From an uncultured Planctomycetota bacterium (lineage in GTDB: Bacteria > Planctomycetota > Planctomycetia > Isosphaerales > Isosphaeraceae): DNA of 64,000 nucleotides. Made by a program: the position numbers and the translations under genes. The notes under the pieces were generated by a model. The model saw nothing but the letters and a program-made list of their open reading frames with translations, ran no database searches and was not told the DNA's origin. The DNA lies in NCBI GenBank assembly GCA_963845755.1, contig CAWJTV010000036.1, positions 128,001 to 192,000 on the forward strand, in the 5' to 3' direction. Shown here in pieces: positions 1 to 32,947 of this stretch (its first letter is position 1; each line of letters opens with the position of its first letter).

Positions 1-70
1 GGTCCTTGATTTCCTCCGGCGGCAGGTACCCGTGAAGTTCCTGGATCGATCGCAATTGGGGAATAAACAT
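1..70 (-). CDS. N-terminus of a NuoE/HoxE-like NAD(P)H-dependent oxidoreductase subunit (runs off the window)
   Basis: Reverse complement reads MFIPQLRSIQELHGYLPPEEIKD, matching the LxxIQxxxGYLP motif of NuoE-type N-termini. AGGA lies 6 nt upstream of the ATG. Too short for the ORF track. Confidence 0.6.
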   Translation of the reverse strand, partial: MFIPQLRSIQELHGYLPPEEIKD

Positions 71-473
71 CAGATTTCCTGCATGCGATTTGCCAGTGAT
101 GAAGGACCGTCTCCGCCGGGCCCGACCGTCGCGATGCCTCGATTCCTCGACCGGCGCGTGGACCTCGGGAGTTCCAAGCGTACGCCTCCGCGCCCTTCGG
201 GTCAACCGGCGGACGAGGTATGAGTCCATCCGCGCCCTGGGTCGAGAAAACCTGGCGATGCGCTCTCGGACCGCAGCTATCCTGATGTTTTTCGGGTATC
301 ATGAGAGGTGGGAGGTTTCCGAAACGTGGCCCACCCTGCGCCGCCGCTATCCTCATGTCTCGGCGTGAGATGGAGACTCCCTCGCCCTGGTGTCGGCGTA
401 ACCTTTTACCTCGGATTAACTGGAAGAAGCGGTCCTGGAGCGGGCGTCGGGGAACGCCAAGAGGGAGGCGGGC

Positions 474-1946
474 GTGAACAGTGCGAGGTTGGAAGGGCTG
501 ATTCGAATGATGCGACCCTGCCGGGCCGCGGTGATCGGCGACGTGATGCTCGACCGTTACGTCCAGGGGAACGCCGATCGGATCAGCCCCGAGGCGCCGA
601 TTCCGATCCTCGATGTCATGGGCGAGTACCAGATGCTCGGCGGCGCGGCGAATGTGACGATGAAAGTCGCGGAGTTGGGATCGAGCGCCGTATGGTCGGC
701 CTGGTTGGGGTTGATCCGCCCGCCGCCGAACTGCGGGCACTCCTGGCCGGGCAACCCGAGATCACCGATAGCCTGGTCTCCGATTCCGGCCGGCTCACCA
801 CGGTCAAGACGCGATTCATGGCCCACAACCAGCAGCTCCTGCGGGCGGATCGCGAGATCCGACGCCCGCCGGCAGGCGAGACCCTCCACCAGATCGCGCA
901 GACCGCAAGGGCCGCGGCGGCCGCGGCCGATGCCGTGATTCTGGTCGACTACGGCAAAGGAGTGCTGTGCTCCGAGGTCATATCCGCCGCGCTCGAGGGT
1001 GCCGGATCGAGCGGCGCCCTGGTAGTCGTGGATCCCCATGGACTCGACTACACCCGCTATGCCGGGGCGACCGTGCTGACGCCCAATTTGAAGGAGGTGG
1101 AACTCGCCAGCCAGCGGCCGATCAACGACCTGACCAGCCTGGAAGACGCTGCGCAATGGCTCGTCGATCAGAGCAACGCGGCCATCGCCGTGACGCGAGG
1201 ACCTGACGGAATCTCGCTGTTCCGCCGCGGAGGTCCCGGCGAACCGGTCACCCATACGCCCTTACCGACCTGGCCGATCGCGGTACACGACGTCACGGGG
1301 GCCGGCGATGCGGTGACGGCGGTCATCGCCATCGCCTTGGCGTCCGGGATCGACATGGCCGATGCCTGTAGCCTGGCGAACCTCGCGGGCGGGAGTGTGG
1401 TCGGTCAGTTGGGCGTTGGCACCCTCTCGATCGCCCACCTTCTGGCCGAGTCGCGACGGGAGTCGCTCGATCCGGGACTCAAGGTCGTGGACATCGCCCG
1501 GGCTTGCCAGAGCGACACGCAGGATCCGCGAGACCGGCGGCCGAGTTGTGTTTACCAACGGGTGCTTCGATATCCTCCACCAGGGCCACATGAATCTCCT
1601 CCGGTTCGCGCGAGGACAGGGCGACATCCTCATCCTGGGGCTCAACAGCGATGCATCGGTGAAGCGGCACAAGGGCCCGAGCCGACCCTACGTGCCGGAG
1701 GCGCAGCGATCTTACATGCTGTCACTCTATCCGTTCGTCAACCTGATCGTCCCCTTCGAAGACGACACTCCGATGAGCATTATCGAAGCGATTCGACCGG
1801 ACGTGCTGGTCAAAGGGGGCGACTACACCCCGGAGACGGTCGTGGGCCGCACCCTCGTCGAGTCGTACGGCGGCGAGGTGGTCATCTGCCCGCGATTGGA
1901 AGGGCTCAGTACAACTGCCCTCCTGCGAAGAATGACGGCCCCTTAG
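474..1946 (+). CDS. hldE: Bifunctional heptose-7-phosphate kinase / heptose-1-phosphate adenylyltransferase (two apparent frameshifts, ~685 and ~1510)
   Basis: Stitched from three frames: VIGDVMLDRY...RISPEAPIP...LGGAANV; VDYGKG, LTPNLKE, DVTGAGD (PfkB-type kinase); VVFTNGCFDILHQGH, LGLNSDASV, LVKGGDY, GLSTT (cytidylyltransferase-like). Confidence 0.93.
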
Positions 1947-2066
1947 CGATCCAGGGATTGCCTTCGCCGCCCGGCCGACCGCGATCCAGCCTTCAATCGC
2001 CCTCGATGAGTCCGCGCGGGGAACGCGATCGATCGATCGCCCAACGGAACCGCCGGCGCCCGGAAG

Positions 2067-2294
2067 CTATCGGTCGGGCTTCTGATCCGAGCTCATGGCA
2101 TCAACAAGGCTTTTCGGTCGCATATCGGTCCAGTTGGACTCGATCCAGTCGAGACATTCCTGGCGCGAGCACACGGGAAGGACAACCGTCCAACCCGAGG
2201 GTGCCGGCCGGAAGGACGGCCACAAGGAGTACTGGTTCTCTTCGTTGACCAGGACAACGTACTGGCCACCGTCATCTTCGAATGGATTTGTCAT
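2067..2294 (-). CDS. mbtH: MbtH-like NRPS accessory protein
   Basis: MTNPFED...[13 protein letters not shown]...PSGW...[17 protein letters not shown] is the canonical MbtH signature. Confidence 0.97.
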   Translation of the reverse strand: MTNPFEDDGGQYVVLVNEENQYSLWPSFRPAPSGWTVVLPVCSRQECLDWIESNWTDMRPKSLVDAMSSDQKPDR

Positions 2295-2303
2295 GGTGTC
2301 CTT

Positions 2304-3034
2304 TCAGTCGGTAGGGATGGGGCCGATCGGATTGGCGCGCATTCGAATCGCTACCCCGCACGGGATAGACGAAATGCCCTTCGAACAATTGATCAACCTT
2401 GATCTTGACGCCAGGGACCGTGTATCGGATCGCGAGGCCGAGCCGCCGCTTGGTCGACGAATTCCGCGGTGAATGATGCAGGATATTCTCGTGGAACAGG
2501 ATGAACTGTCCTGCGCAGCTCGATCTGTCGGGCCCTGGCTTTATCCATCGTCGAGATCTCTGCGTGTGCATTGAACTCGTCGGATCGTGAACGCGGGACG
2601 TGCGAAACATAATGGAGGTGGCTCTCTGGCACGACTTGCAGGCCACCGTTGCTGGCATCGGCATCGTCGATCGCCAGCCAGACGGCGACGTTGACCACCG
2701 GCTCCATCATCACGAAGCTTCGATCCTGATGCCAGGGAATCTCGCTCCCGCCGGGCTCCTTGTTGAAGAAGACCGAATTCCACAGGACGACGTCCGGCCC
2801 GACGAGTGAGGAGACTCGGTCCACGATCGCCGGGCTCGCGCAGATGTCATAGATAATCCGGCAATCCTGGTGGCGCGATCCCCACCGGTCGCCCCCGTGC
2901 GGTCCGGCCTTGCGGTCCAGCGTGTCACCGATGGCCTGACGCAACGCCCCCATCTCCTCGGAAGAGCAAAACTCCAGGGGAGCGAGATAACCCTCTCGTT
3001 CGTAGCGCTCTCGTTCCTCATCGGTCAGATGCAT
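2304..3034 (-). CDS. PhyH-family Fe(II)/2-oxoglutarate dioxygenase (frameshift ~2510, 3' end uncertain)
   Basis: GGAGG then MHLTDEERERYEREGYL; FFNKEPG, IPWHQD, VAVWLAIDDA...NGGLQVVPESH; continues in another frame as AGQFILFHENILHHSPRNSSTKRRLGLAIRY. Confidence 0.88.
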
Positions 3035-3146
3035 GCGTGGCCTCCACGGGCGCTGATGGGCGGATGCCCGCTCCGGAAAGTTGACCCACTCGTCCCGTCC
3101 TGTCTCGCTTCGGCTCGAGGCGTTACGTCTCGATCGGCGCAGCGGA

Positions 3147-4295
3147 TCAGGATCCCATCTTGAAGAGGTCGAGGGCGGTCTTGCCGACGATCTTCTGAGC
3201 ATTCTCGACGCTAGTTGCCTCGAATACCGCCGCGATGGCGCTCCGGGTATAGCCCAGCGTGCTCTCGAGATGCGGATAGTCCGACGACCACATCACCCGG
3301 TCCGCGCCGATGCGATGCAGCAGCTCCAACCCCGTCGGGTCGGTCATGAAGGTCGCGTAGCAATGATTGAACCAGTACCAACTGGGCGGATGGGCCAGCT
3401 TCGGTTGGAGTTGGCTCTGAAACGAATGATAGATCATGTCGGCGTCATGGACGGCGCTGGCGACCCAACTGATGCCACCTTCGAGGAAGACAACCCGCAG
3501 TCCGGGATGACGGTCGAAGACGCCGCCGAACGCCAGGGCTCCCCATGACGGCCGAAAACCCTGCATCTGGCTCAGGACCGACGCACCGATGGCACCCGGG
3601 AGCTGGGTCGGCGTGCTTTCACCGATGTGGAAACTCAAGGGTAGCCCCGACTCCTCGACGGCCGCCCAGAACGGTTCCATCTTGGGGCTCGCCCAGTAGA
3701 TCTGCTCGCCGTCGATGTCCTTGCGCGGATGGATCGGCACCATCACTGTCCGAGCGCCGAGGGCCAGGATCTCCTGGAGCGACTCGCGCGTTGCGGCCGG
3801 ATTCCAATAATTCGGGATGGCCACGAAGAACAGGCGGTCCGGCGCCTGGGAACAAACCTCGGACATGTACTGATTGTACGCGCCGAAGATCCATTCCCGC
3901 AGATCCAGGTCGCCGGCGATGTACAGCCCGAAGAGCCGCTGGGGAAACAAGAGCTCCTTCTCGATGCCTTCCAGGTCCATATCCCTGACCCGATCGGGGA
4001 CGTTACTCATCCCATCGAGGCATTCGAAGGCACTACAGAGCACCTTGGCCTCCTCGGTGGATGGCGGCTTCTCGCCGTTGACGACGATCTGCCAGCCGCC
4101 CCCTTCGAAGAGCATGCGCGGCGCACGGTCCTTGAGGTGTTCGGGAAACCGGTCGATCCAGAGATCGCCTTCGAGCCAATGACTGTCGGCGGATACGATG
4201 GTGGTCCCCGGCGGCCAGGTTGCGCCGGCGGTCTGGGGCCGCCTCTGCGTCGGGACGGCAATCTCATTCATCTCGGGGATTTCCAGTACAGACAC
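3147..4295 (-). CDS. Amidohydrolase-2 family metal-dependent hydrolase
   Basis: IVSADSHWLE, LPLSFHIGE, GVFDRHPGLRVVFLEGGISW, RVMWSSDYPH motifs; intact 382 aa. Confidence 0.9.
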   Translation of the reverse strand: MSVLEIPEMNEIAVPTQRRPQTAGATWPPGTTIVSADSHWLEGDLWIDRFPEHLKDRAPRMLFEGGGWQIVVNGEKPPSTEEAKVLCSAFECLDGMSNVPDRVRDMDLEGIEKELLFPQRLFGLYIAGDLDLREWIFGAYNQYMSEVCSQAPDRLFFVAIPNYWNPAATRESLQEILALGARTVMVPIHPRKDIDGEQIYWASPKMEPFWAAVEESGLPLSFHIGESTPTQLPGAIGASVLSQMQGFRPSWGALAFGGVFDRHPGLRVVFLEGGISWVASAVHDADMIYHSFQSQLQPKLAHPPSWYWFNHCYATFMTDPTGLELLHRIGADRVMWSSDYPHLESTLGYTRSAIAAVFEATSVENAQKIVGKTALDLFKMGS

Positions 4296-4554
4296 GGGGA
4301 ACCCTCCTGTTCAAAAGATGGTTTTTTGGAAATCAGTTTACTCATCCGGCATTTGACCCCGCAAGGCGAGGCTCGCTCGAAACCCCCCTGCCGGATGGGC
4401 CCCAGGCCGCGTCCGTCGCGTGTAGCCGCGACGAGCAAAGGCATGATACAATCAACCCCGAAAGCACCTGACCTCTCGAATTGGACGTCCACGATGTCGG
4501 TTACGGTGGCGTTCCCGAGGCTCCTGGCGCACACAGGATTGAGGGTTAAGCAGA

Positions 4555-4797
4555 ATGTACACATATATTCCTGTGTCCTTGGTTCAGGAACGGATGGCGA
4601 TCTGCAAGTCCAGGCTCGACGAGATCGGCCGGGCGCTCGGCTCCGAGCTGGAGAAGCCCATGCACCGGAGGAATCCCCTGGTGCTGACGTTCCTGGAGTC
4701 CCAGAGGCAGAAGTTCGACTTTTCCATGGCGACATTGTCCGAACTCCTCGACGCCGCCGGCGAGGCAGGCCCATCGATCGGGACCCGCCCCGAGTAA
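4555..4797 (+). CDS. Small hypothetical helical protein (80 aa)
   Basis: Natural-looking composition, GAGGG upstream, co-oriented with and 59 nt before the GT9 gene. No recognised motif. Confidence 0.45.
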   Translation: MYTYIPVSLVQERMAICKSRLDEIGRALGSELEKPMHRRNPLVLTFLESQRQKFDFSMATLSELLDAAGEAGPSIGTRPE

Positions 4798-4856
4798 GAT
4801 TCGCCCACAGGCGGTCCGGCTCCCCGGCTCCCCGCCGCAACCCTCCAGGTTCCAAG

Positions 4857-5729
4857 ATGCCCGATGTCGTTCGAATCCTGGCATTCGGTGGGATCGGAGA
4901 TGCGATCCTGCTGACGCCCTCCCTGCGAGCGTTGGCCACCTCCGATCCGGGGCGAAGGATCGTCGTCTGGACGGAAAACCCCGGCCATAAGGCGGTATTC
5001 AAGGATAATCCGTTCATTTCAACGTTCCGATATATAGGGAGAATTGCCAAGCGACTCTATCACGCAGCCGGCGGGCCGCGGTGGTTGCCCTACGTGTACA
5101 CGGACTACAGTCGCACCATCCCCAGCCTGCTCTACTCGAAACCGGCGTCCCACATCATCGCCGAGATCCTGAACACGTCCGTGCAGGGCCAGGCGCCGGA
5201 GCTCTTCCTCTCCGCCGCCGAGAACTCAGCGGCCTCCGGGCGGGTCGAGGGATTCAAGCGACCGCTCATCGCGATTCACGTGCAGGCCGCCTCGTCTCCG
5301 AACAAGCATTGGGACCTCGCAAACTGGGAAAACCTCGTCTCTCGAAATCCGAATCTGACTTTTGTACAACTGGGTAGCCGGAGCGAACCCACCATTCGTG
5401 GAGCTCGTGGGCTCAAGGGAATCGGGCTGCGTGAGACCTTTGCAACGATCGAGCATTGTGACGCGTTCGTCGGCGTGGATTCCGGCCTGGGACATGCCGC
5501 CACCGCCCTGAACACGCCGGCGGTGATCCTCTTCGGCGCAACCACCCCGATCATCTGGGGCCACGAGAGGAACGCGAATCTGTATCGGAGTCGATACTGT
5601 TCGCCCTGCATCGATCTCATCCAGTCGTCGCCTTGTCCTTTCTCTGTCGCCTGCATGAGCGCCATATCCGTGCAAGACGTCGAGGAAGCCTTGTGGAACC
5701 AGCTACGCCCACGCGGAACTGTATTGTGA
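4857..5729 (+). CDS. Glycosyltransferase family 9 (ADP-heptose heptosyltransferase-like)
   Basis: FGGIGDAILLTPSLRAL, PNKHW, FVGVDSGLGHAATALNTPAVILFGATTP, C-terminal CSPC...C...CM. True start is the ATG at 4857 inside ORF 3729..5729. Confidence 0.9.
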   Translation: MPDVVRILAFGGIGDAILLTPSLRALATSDPGRRIVVWTENPGHKAVFKDNPFISTFRYIGRIAKRLYHAAGGPRWLPYVYTDYSRTIPSLLYSKPASHIIAEILNTSVQGQAPELFLSAAENSAASGRVEGFKRPLIAIHVQAASSPNKHWDLANWENLVSRNPNLTFVQLGSRSEPTIRGARGLKGIGLRETFATIEHCDAFVGVDSGLGHAATALNTPAVILFGATTPIIWGHERNANLYRSRYCSPCIDLIQSSPCPFSVACMSAISVQDVEEALWNQLRPRGTVL

Positions 5730-5786
5730 AAACACAATGATATCTATAAAAATATCATAAAAATTATTTTTAAATCAAATTAACTT

Positions 5787-7898
5787 TCAGTTTTGTCCGC
5801 TCATTTCTCCACCGGCGGGATTCCCGGACGCTCGTAGCGTATGGATTTCACCATGGATGGGGACCAGGCCGCCGATCCGGGCGGCCTCCAGGTCATCCGC
5901 GAGCTGTTCCTTCCAGGTCGCTAGGTCCCATTCGGGCGTCGGCCAGTCGATCTCGACGGAGTTGATGCCGGCACGGAGTACCTCCGCGGGCGCCACCAGC
6001 CCGGCCGTCGTCCAGGAGTTCGAGGTGGGTAGGCTCCCGATTGGAAGCTCATTCACCCGGACGACGATCGGCTGACCGCCGGAATGGCGGGTCCGATAGG
6101 TGAGAGTCAACCGGACCGGGAGGGGGCGATTGCAAACGAGGCGAAATTCCGACCTGCGATGATCGGCGCGATAGTAGGCATACTCGGATTCGTCCGGCGA
6201 GACATGGTATGACCTGGCCGAATACGACTTGCTCAGCAGGTCAACGTCTCGCTCATCGACGCCGTGTTCCCTCGCGAGGTGCGACTCGGTCCTCGACCGG
6301 AGGTGAGGATGCTGTCGGTCGATCGCACCCAGGACTTGCTCGACGAGGGGCGGGTTCAGGAACTTGTCCGGAGTTGGACGAGTGGGATCGAACAGTAGGC
6401 TGATCACGGAGGGGTTTTGAAGCTGGCACATCTCATCAAACGATTTGCAAAGTGCCGTCGGGATGCGCCTCATGTGAAAATCCAGGAACAAGGTCATCAT
6501 GCGATCCACGGCCGGCGAGAGTTCCACGGCCTTCTGGCAATGGTAGCGAACGATCTCGGGCCCCTGTCCCCAGTTGCCATTGTGGATGGCCGCGAGAAAG
6601 TGGGCCTCGCCCTCGATCCTCCGGTCAACCGGGAGTTTGACCCGGTTGATCTCGCGGATCGGGCGATGGATCCTGAACAATGACGCGAGGACGACCTGGG
6701 CGACGGCGGCCATCGCCACATGCGTACCTTCGACGGTGAAATGACAATAATCCATGAACATGCGGCGGTCGGGCAGGCCGTTTTGCCAATGGTCCTGGAA
6801 GATGCGCGGGAGGTTGACGAGGGCGAACCGGTTCTTGGCGGATTCGTCGCGGATCGTCTCCTGGATGACCGAGTAACAACGAGGGGACTCCGGACCTCGC
6901 GGCCAGCAGATGCCCGAGTCGCGGGCCACTTCCAGGTGCTTCCTGGCCTCCGCCGTGGCGCCCGCTCGCAGTTTGCTGTCGGCGATGATGTTGGAGCCGG
7001 CGGCGGTCGTCCCCCGATCGAGCGCGAGCAACTCAAGGCCCAGCGCCTCCGCATCTTTCAGGGCTCCAGCTGCCAGTGCCGTCTCCGCGGCCAGGCGCTG
7101 GGAATGCCATCGGGCCATCGCCGGAGGCGTCAGGAGCGGAGGATCGATCGCGTCCGTGCGCCAGTCCACGAGATTGAACTCGGGGAGCACGAAAACCATC
7201 GGGAAGCGATGGGCCTGTGCGATCCGGGCGAGCCCGGCAATCACCGAGAGTACGCGCGATCGTAGCAGCTCCTCGAGATATCGCTTCACGTCCGCCCAAC
7301 CACCCTCTCGCAGTCTGGCGGCCATGTCGTGAAACTCGTGAGGCGTCAATTCGTTCATGGGCTGCCAGTTGTTCCCGGCCAGGACCACGACCACGTCGGG
7401 GTTCAGTTGGACTGCCGCGGCGGCCAACTGCTGCAGGGGCCCGAGAAGCAGATCCGTCCGGGCGAGATCGACGACTTCAAGTTCGCGATCGCCGCTCATC
7501 TCCCGAAGGGCGTTCTGGAGGACTTTCGCGGGGTTGAACTGGGGATCGAAGAAGAAGCCACGGGCCACCGACTCGCCCAGGAGCAGGATGCGCTTCCGCC
7601 GGCCCTTGGGTTCGATGACGCGGAGGTTGGCCCAGAGGGTTGGCGGCTCCGTCGGCTCCGGGGCTCGGACGAAACGATACTCCGCGCCCTGGAGTCTGGG
7701 CTCCCAGATCCCGATCCGGCGCGGCTGATCGACCCGGGCGACCCGGTCGTCCGGTGCGCCCGTCGGATCGAGATCGTCGGCCGAGACGCGGAGGAGTTGC
7801 TTGAACAGCCCGAAGAGCCGAACGCCCTCCCCGGAAGCCATGGAGGATTCGGCCAACGAGCCGGCTGCATCCTTGAGTCGCTGTGATAGATATTTCAT
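5787..7898 (-). CDS. SGNH/GDSL-like hydrolase or acyltransferase with helical (TPR-like) insert, 703 aa
   Basis: RILLLGESVARG (GDS-like block I), VVVLAGNN (block III), FMDYCHF (DxxH block V). Starts 7 nt after the carbamoyltransferase stop. Confidence 0.65.
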   Translation of the reverse strand: MKYLSQRLKDAAGSLAESSMASGEGVRLFGLFKQLLRVSADDLDPTGAPDDRVARVDQPRRIGIWEPRLQGAEYRFVRAPEPTEPPTLWANLRVIEPKGRRKRILLLGESVARGFFFDPQFNPAKVLQNALREMSGDRELEVVDLARTDLLLGPLQQLAAAAVQLNPDVVVVLAGNNWQPMNELTPHEFHDMAARLREGGWADVKRYLEELLRSRVLSVIAGLARIAQAHRFPMVFVLPEFNLVDWRTDAIDPPLLTPPAMARWHSQRLAAETALAAGALKDAEALGLELLALDRGTTAAGSNIIADSKLRAGATAEARKHLEVARDSGICWPRGPESPRCYSVIQETIRDESAKNRFALVNLPRIFQDHWQNGLPDRRMFMDYCHFTVEGTHVAMAAVAQVVLASLFRIHRPIREINRVKLPVDRRIEGEAHFLAAIHNGNWGQGPEIVRYHCQKAVELSPAVDRMMTLFLDFHMRRIPTALCKSFDEMCQLQNPSVISLLFDPTRPTPDKFLNPPLVEQVLGAIDRQHPHLRSRTESHLAREHGVDERDVDLLSKSYSARSYHVSPDESEYAYYRADHRRSEFRLVCNRPLPVRLTLTYRTRHSGGQPIVVRVNELPIGSLPTSNSWTTAGLVAPAEVLRAGINSVEIDWPTPEWDLATWKEQLADDLEAARIGGLVPIHGEIHTLRASGNPAGGEMSGQN

Positions 7899-7905
7899 CG
7901 TGTCC

Positions 7906-9666
7906 TCACAGGAGGGTGTATGTGCGATGACCCACCGCGGACCGGGCGGGCGCGGCCATGCTTCCGAGCAGGAGTTGGCAGGCCGGGCCGAGGGCCGATC
8001 GATGGACCGCGAAATCCTCCAGGATCAGGAGATCGATTTCCGATCGAATAAATGATATGATTGCATCGATTGGACTACAAACGATGGGCTCGCCCTTCAT
8101 GTTGAATGACGTATTGAGGAGTATCGGGCATCCGGTACGCTTGGCGAAGGCCCGAAGCAACCCGGCGAACCGGGGGTTATTCGCGTCATTAACCGTCTGG
8201 ACTCGAGCAGAACCATCGACGTGTGTGATGGCCGGTAAGGAAATCGTCGAACGGACCGGGCAGGTCTCGGTCATGAACCGGGAGGGATGGTCCATGTCGA
8301 AGTGTCCGGCGGCCTGGTCTTCCAGCACCGCCGGGGCGAAAGGACGAAACGCCTCGCGTTTCTTCACCAGGGCATTTATCCGATCGCGCATGGTCGGATT
8401 TCGCGGGTCCGCCAGGATGGAGCGGGAACCCAGGGCCCTCGGGCCGAATTCCATTCTTCCTTGAAACCACCCTGCGACCTGGCCTTCGGACAACCGCTCG
8501 GCGACCCATGCCAGCAGGTCCGGTTCGCGGCCTCGAAAGTCCAGATGATCCAGGCCGGCGGACTCGAGCAGGTTGGCGATTTCGGCGGTGCTATAGCCAG
8601 GCCCGAGATAAACATGTTCCATGCTTTGGCGACGCACGCCGGGACGTCCCAGGTTTCCGGCGGCAAGGGCTGCGGCACCGAGACAGCCCCCGGCGTCGCC
8701 GGCAGCCGGCTGGACAAACAAGCGACGAAAGGGGCCTTCGCTGAGAATCCGGCGATTGGCGACGCAATTCAGGGCAACCCCGCCGGCCATGCACAGATTC
8801 AAGGAGCCCGTCTCCGTATGCAGGTACGTGGCCTTCTCGAGGAGGATCTCCTCCAGCACGACTTGCAAGCTCCTGGCGATATCCTTGTGATGATCTCGAA
8901 TTTCGTCATCGGGTTTTCGCTGCGGGTGCCCGAACAGGGCGATCATCTCCTCCGTGTGCATCTGGTCGGGTGAGTTGAAGTCGAAGTATTGGAGATTCAA
9001 GCGGTACTGTCCCCTCGAAAGGTTCGTGATCAGTGCCGAGACCTGGTCCCGGTAGAGGGGCTTACCGTACGGCGCCAGGCCCATGACCTTGTATTCGCCT
9101 TCATTAACCTCGAAGCCGAGATAGCCGGTGATGGCGCTATAGAGCAATCCTAGCGAATTGGGAAAGTCCACCGATTCGAATAGCTCCAGATCATCGCGAT
9201 AACCACGACCGTACGTGGTGGTTTCCCATTCCCCAACGCCGTCCGCGGTCAAGATCGCGGCGTCGTCAAATCCGGAAAAAAAGTATGCACTTGCGGCGTG
9301 GGATTGGTGGTGCCCGAAGTATTGGATGGGCCCTTCGTAGCCCAGCCGCTCGCGAATCTCCGCTTCTGGGCGCAGGGCATTGAGACGTGAAAGTGTCTCG
9401 AAATCGTGCGGCAAGCCCGACATCATCATGCAGATCTGTCGCGCGAGCTTCCGGGCCGGTTGTTCGTAGAAGGCCAACACATCGATGTCCTGAATTCGGA
9501 CTCCACCCGCCTGAAGACAATAATTGAAGGCCGATCGCGGAATCGCCGGATCGTGCTTTCTTCGAGAGAACCGTTCCTCCTCGGCGGCGGCCACGAGGAC
9601 GCCGTCCTGTAGCAGGCAGCAGGCGGAATCGTGGTAATGAGCGGATATTCCAATGACGTTGGTCAT
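7906..9666 (-). CDS. O-carbamoyltransferase (NodU/CmcH/TobZ family)
   Basis: [104 protein letters not shown]. In frame with the upstream NRPS TE in this assembly. Confidence 0.95.
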   Translation of the reverse strand: MTNVIGISAHYHDSACCLLQDGVLVAAAEEERFSRRKHDPAIPRSAFNYCLQAGGVRIQDIDVLAFYEQPARKLARQICMMMSGLPHDFETLSRLNALRPEAEIRERLGYEGPIQYFGHHQSHAASAYFFSGFDDAAILTADGVGEWETTTYGRGYRDDLELFESVDFPNSLGLLYSAITGYLGFEVNEGEYKVMGLAPYGKPLYRDQVSALITNLSRGQYRLNLQYFDFNSPDQMHTEEMIALFGHPQRKPDDEIRDHHKDIARSLQVVLEEILLEKATYLHTETGSLNLCMAGGVALNCVANRRILSEGPFRRLFVQPAAGDAGGCLGAAALAAGNLGRPGVRRQSMEHVYLGPGYSTAEIANLLESAGLDHLDFRGREPDLLAWVAERLSEGQVAGWFQGRMEFGPRALGSRSILADPRNPTMRDRINALVKKREAFRPFAPAVLEDQAAGHFDMDHPSRFMTETCPVRSTISLPAITHVDGSARVQTVNDANNPRFAGLLRAFAKRTGCPILLNTSFNMKGEPIVCSPIDAIISFIRSEIDLLILEDFAVHRSALGPACQLLLGSMAAPARSAVGHRTYTLL

Positions 9667-32469
<22,803 letters not shown>

Positions 32470-32947
32470 ACTCCGTCCCACGTTCGACGATCTCGGATTA
32501 TCCGACCGCGACCGATCCGGTAGCGGTCAAGGTCTGTATCGTGGGCTTACGCCACATCAGAAGTTGACAAGGAGTTTTCATGAGTTTAAAGCGTGTTCCG
32601 CCGTGGTCACTGGATTGCTTCCTCCCCTCGCGACCGATTTCGTCGGGCCGGTATCCTTGCCCCTACAGAAGACGAAGAAAATGACGATACCGTGCGCACG
32701 GGCTCCGTCTTCGAGTTGATCGCGGATCGCTTACCCGATGATCTCAGGCTGTCCAATCAACCCACTCCCTCGCAGTCCGAGCACGCCGCCTCGATCTCGA
32801 CGTTGCGCCTGAAGGCTGTCCTGGTCGACCTCGTCTTACCGTCGTTCGATGCGCCGCCGGTGCACAACACGTTCGATATCGCCGCCTTCGGCGATTCCGC
32901 GCACGGTTCTCGGCGCGCCAGATGGGGGCCTCATGTTGCTGCGGCGA

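Noticed and set aside
2304..3034. SyrB2-like halogenase
   Set aside because: The HxD carboxylate ligand is retained (WHQD).
3729..4856. N-terminal extension of the 666-aa ORF before the GT9 domain
   Set aside because: Antisense to the amidohydrolase plus intergenic DNA; GT9 motifs begin at ATG 4857.
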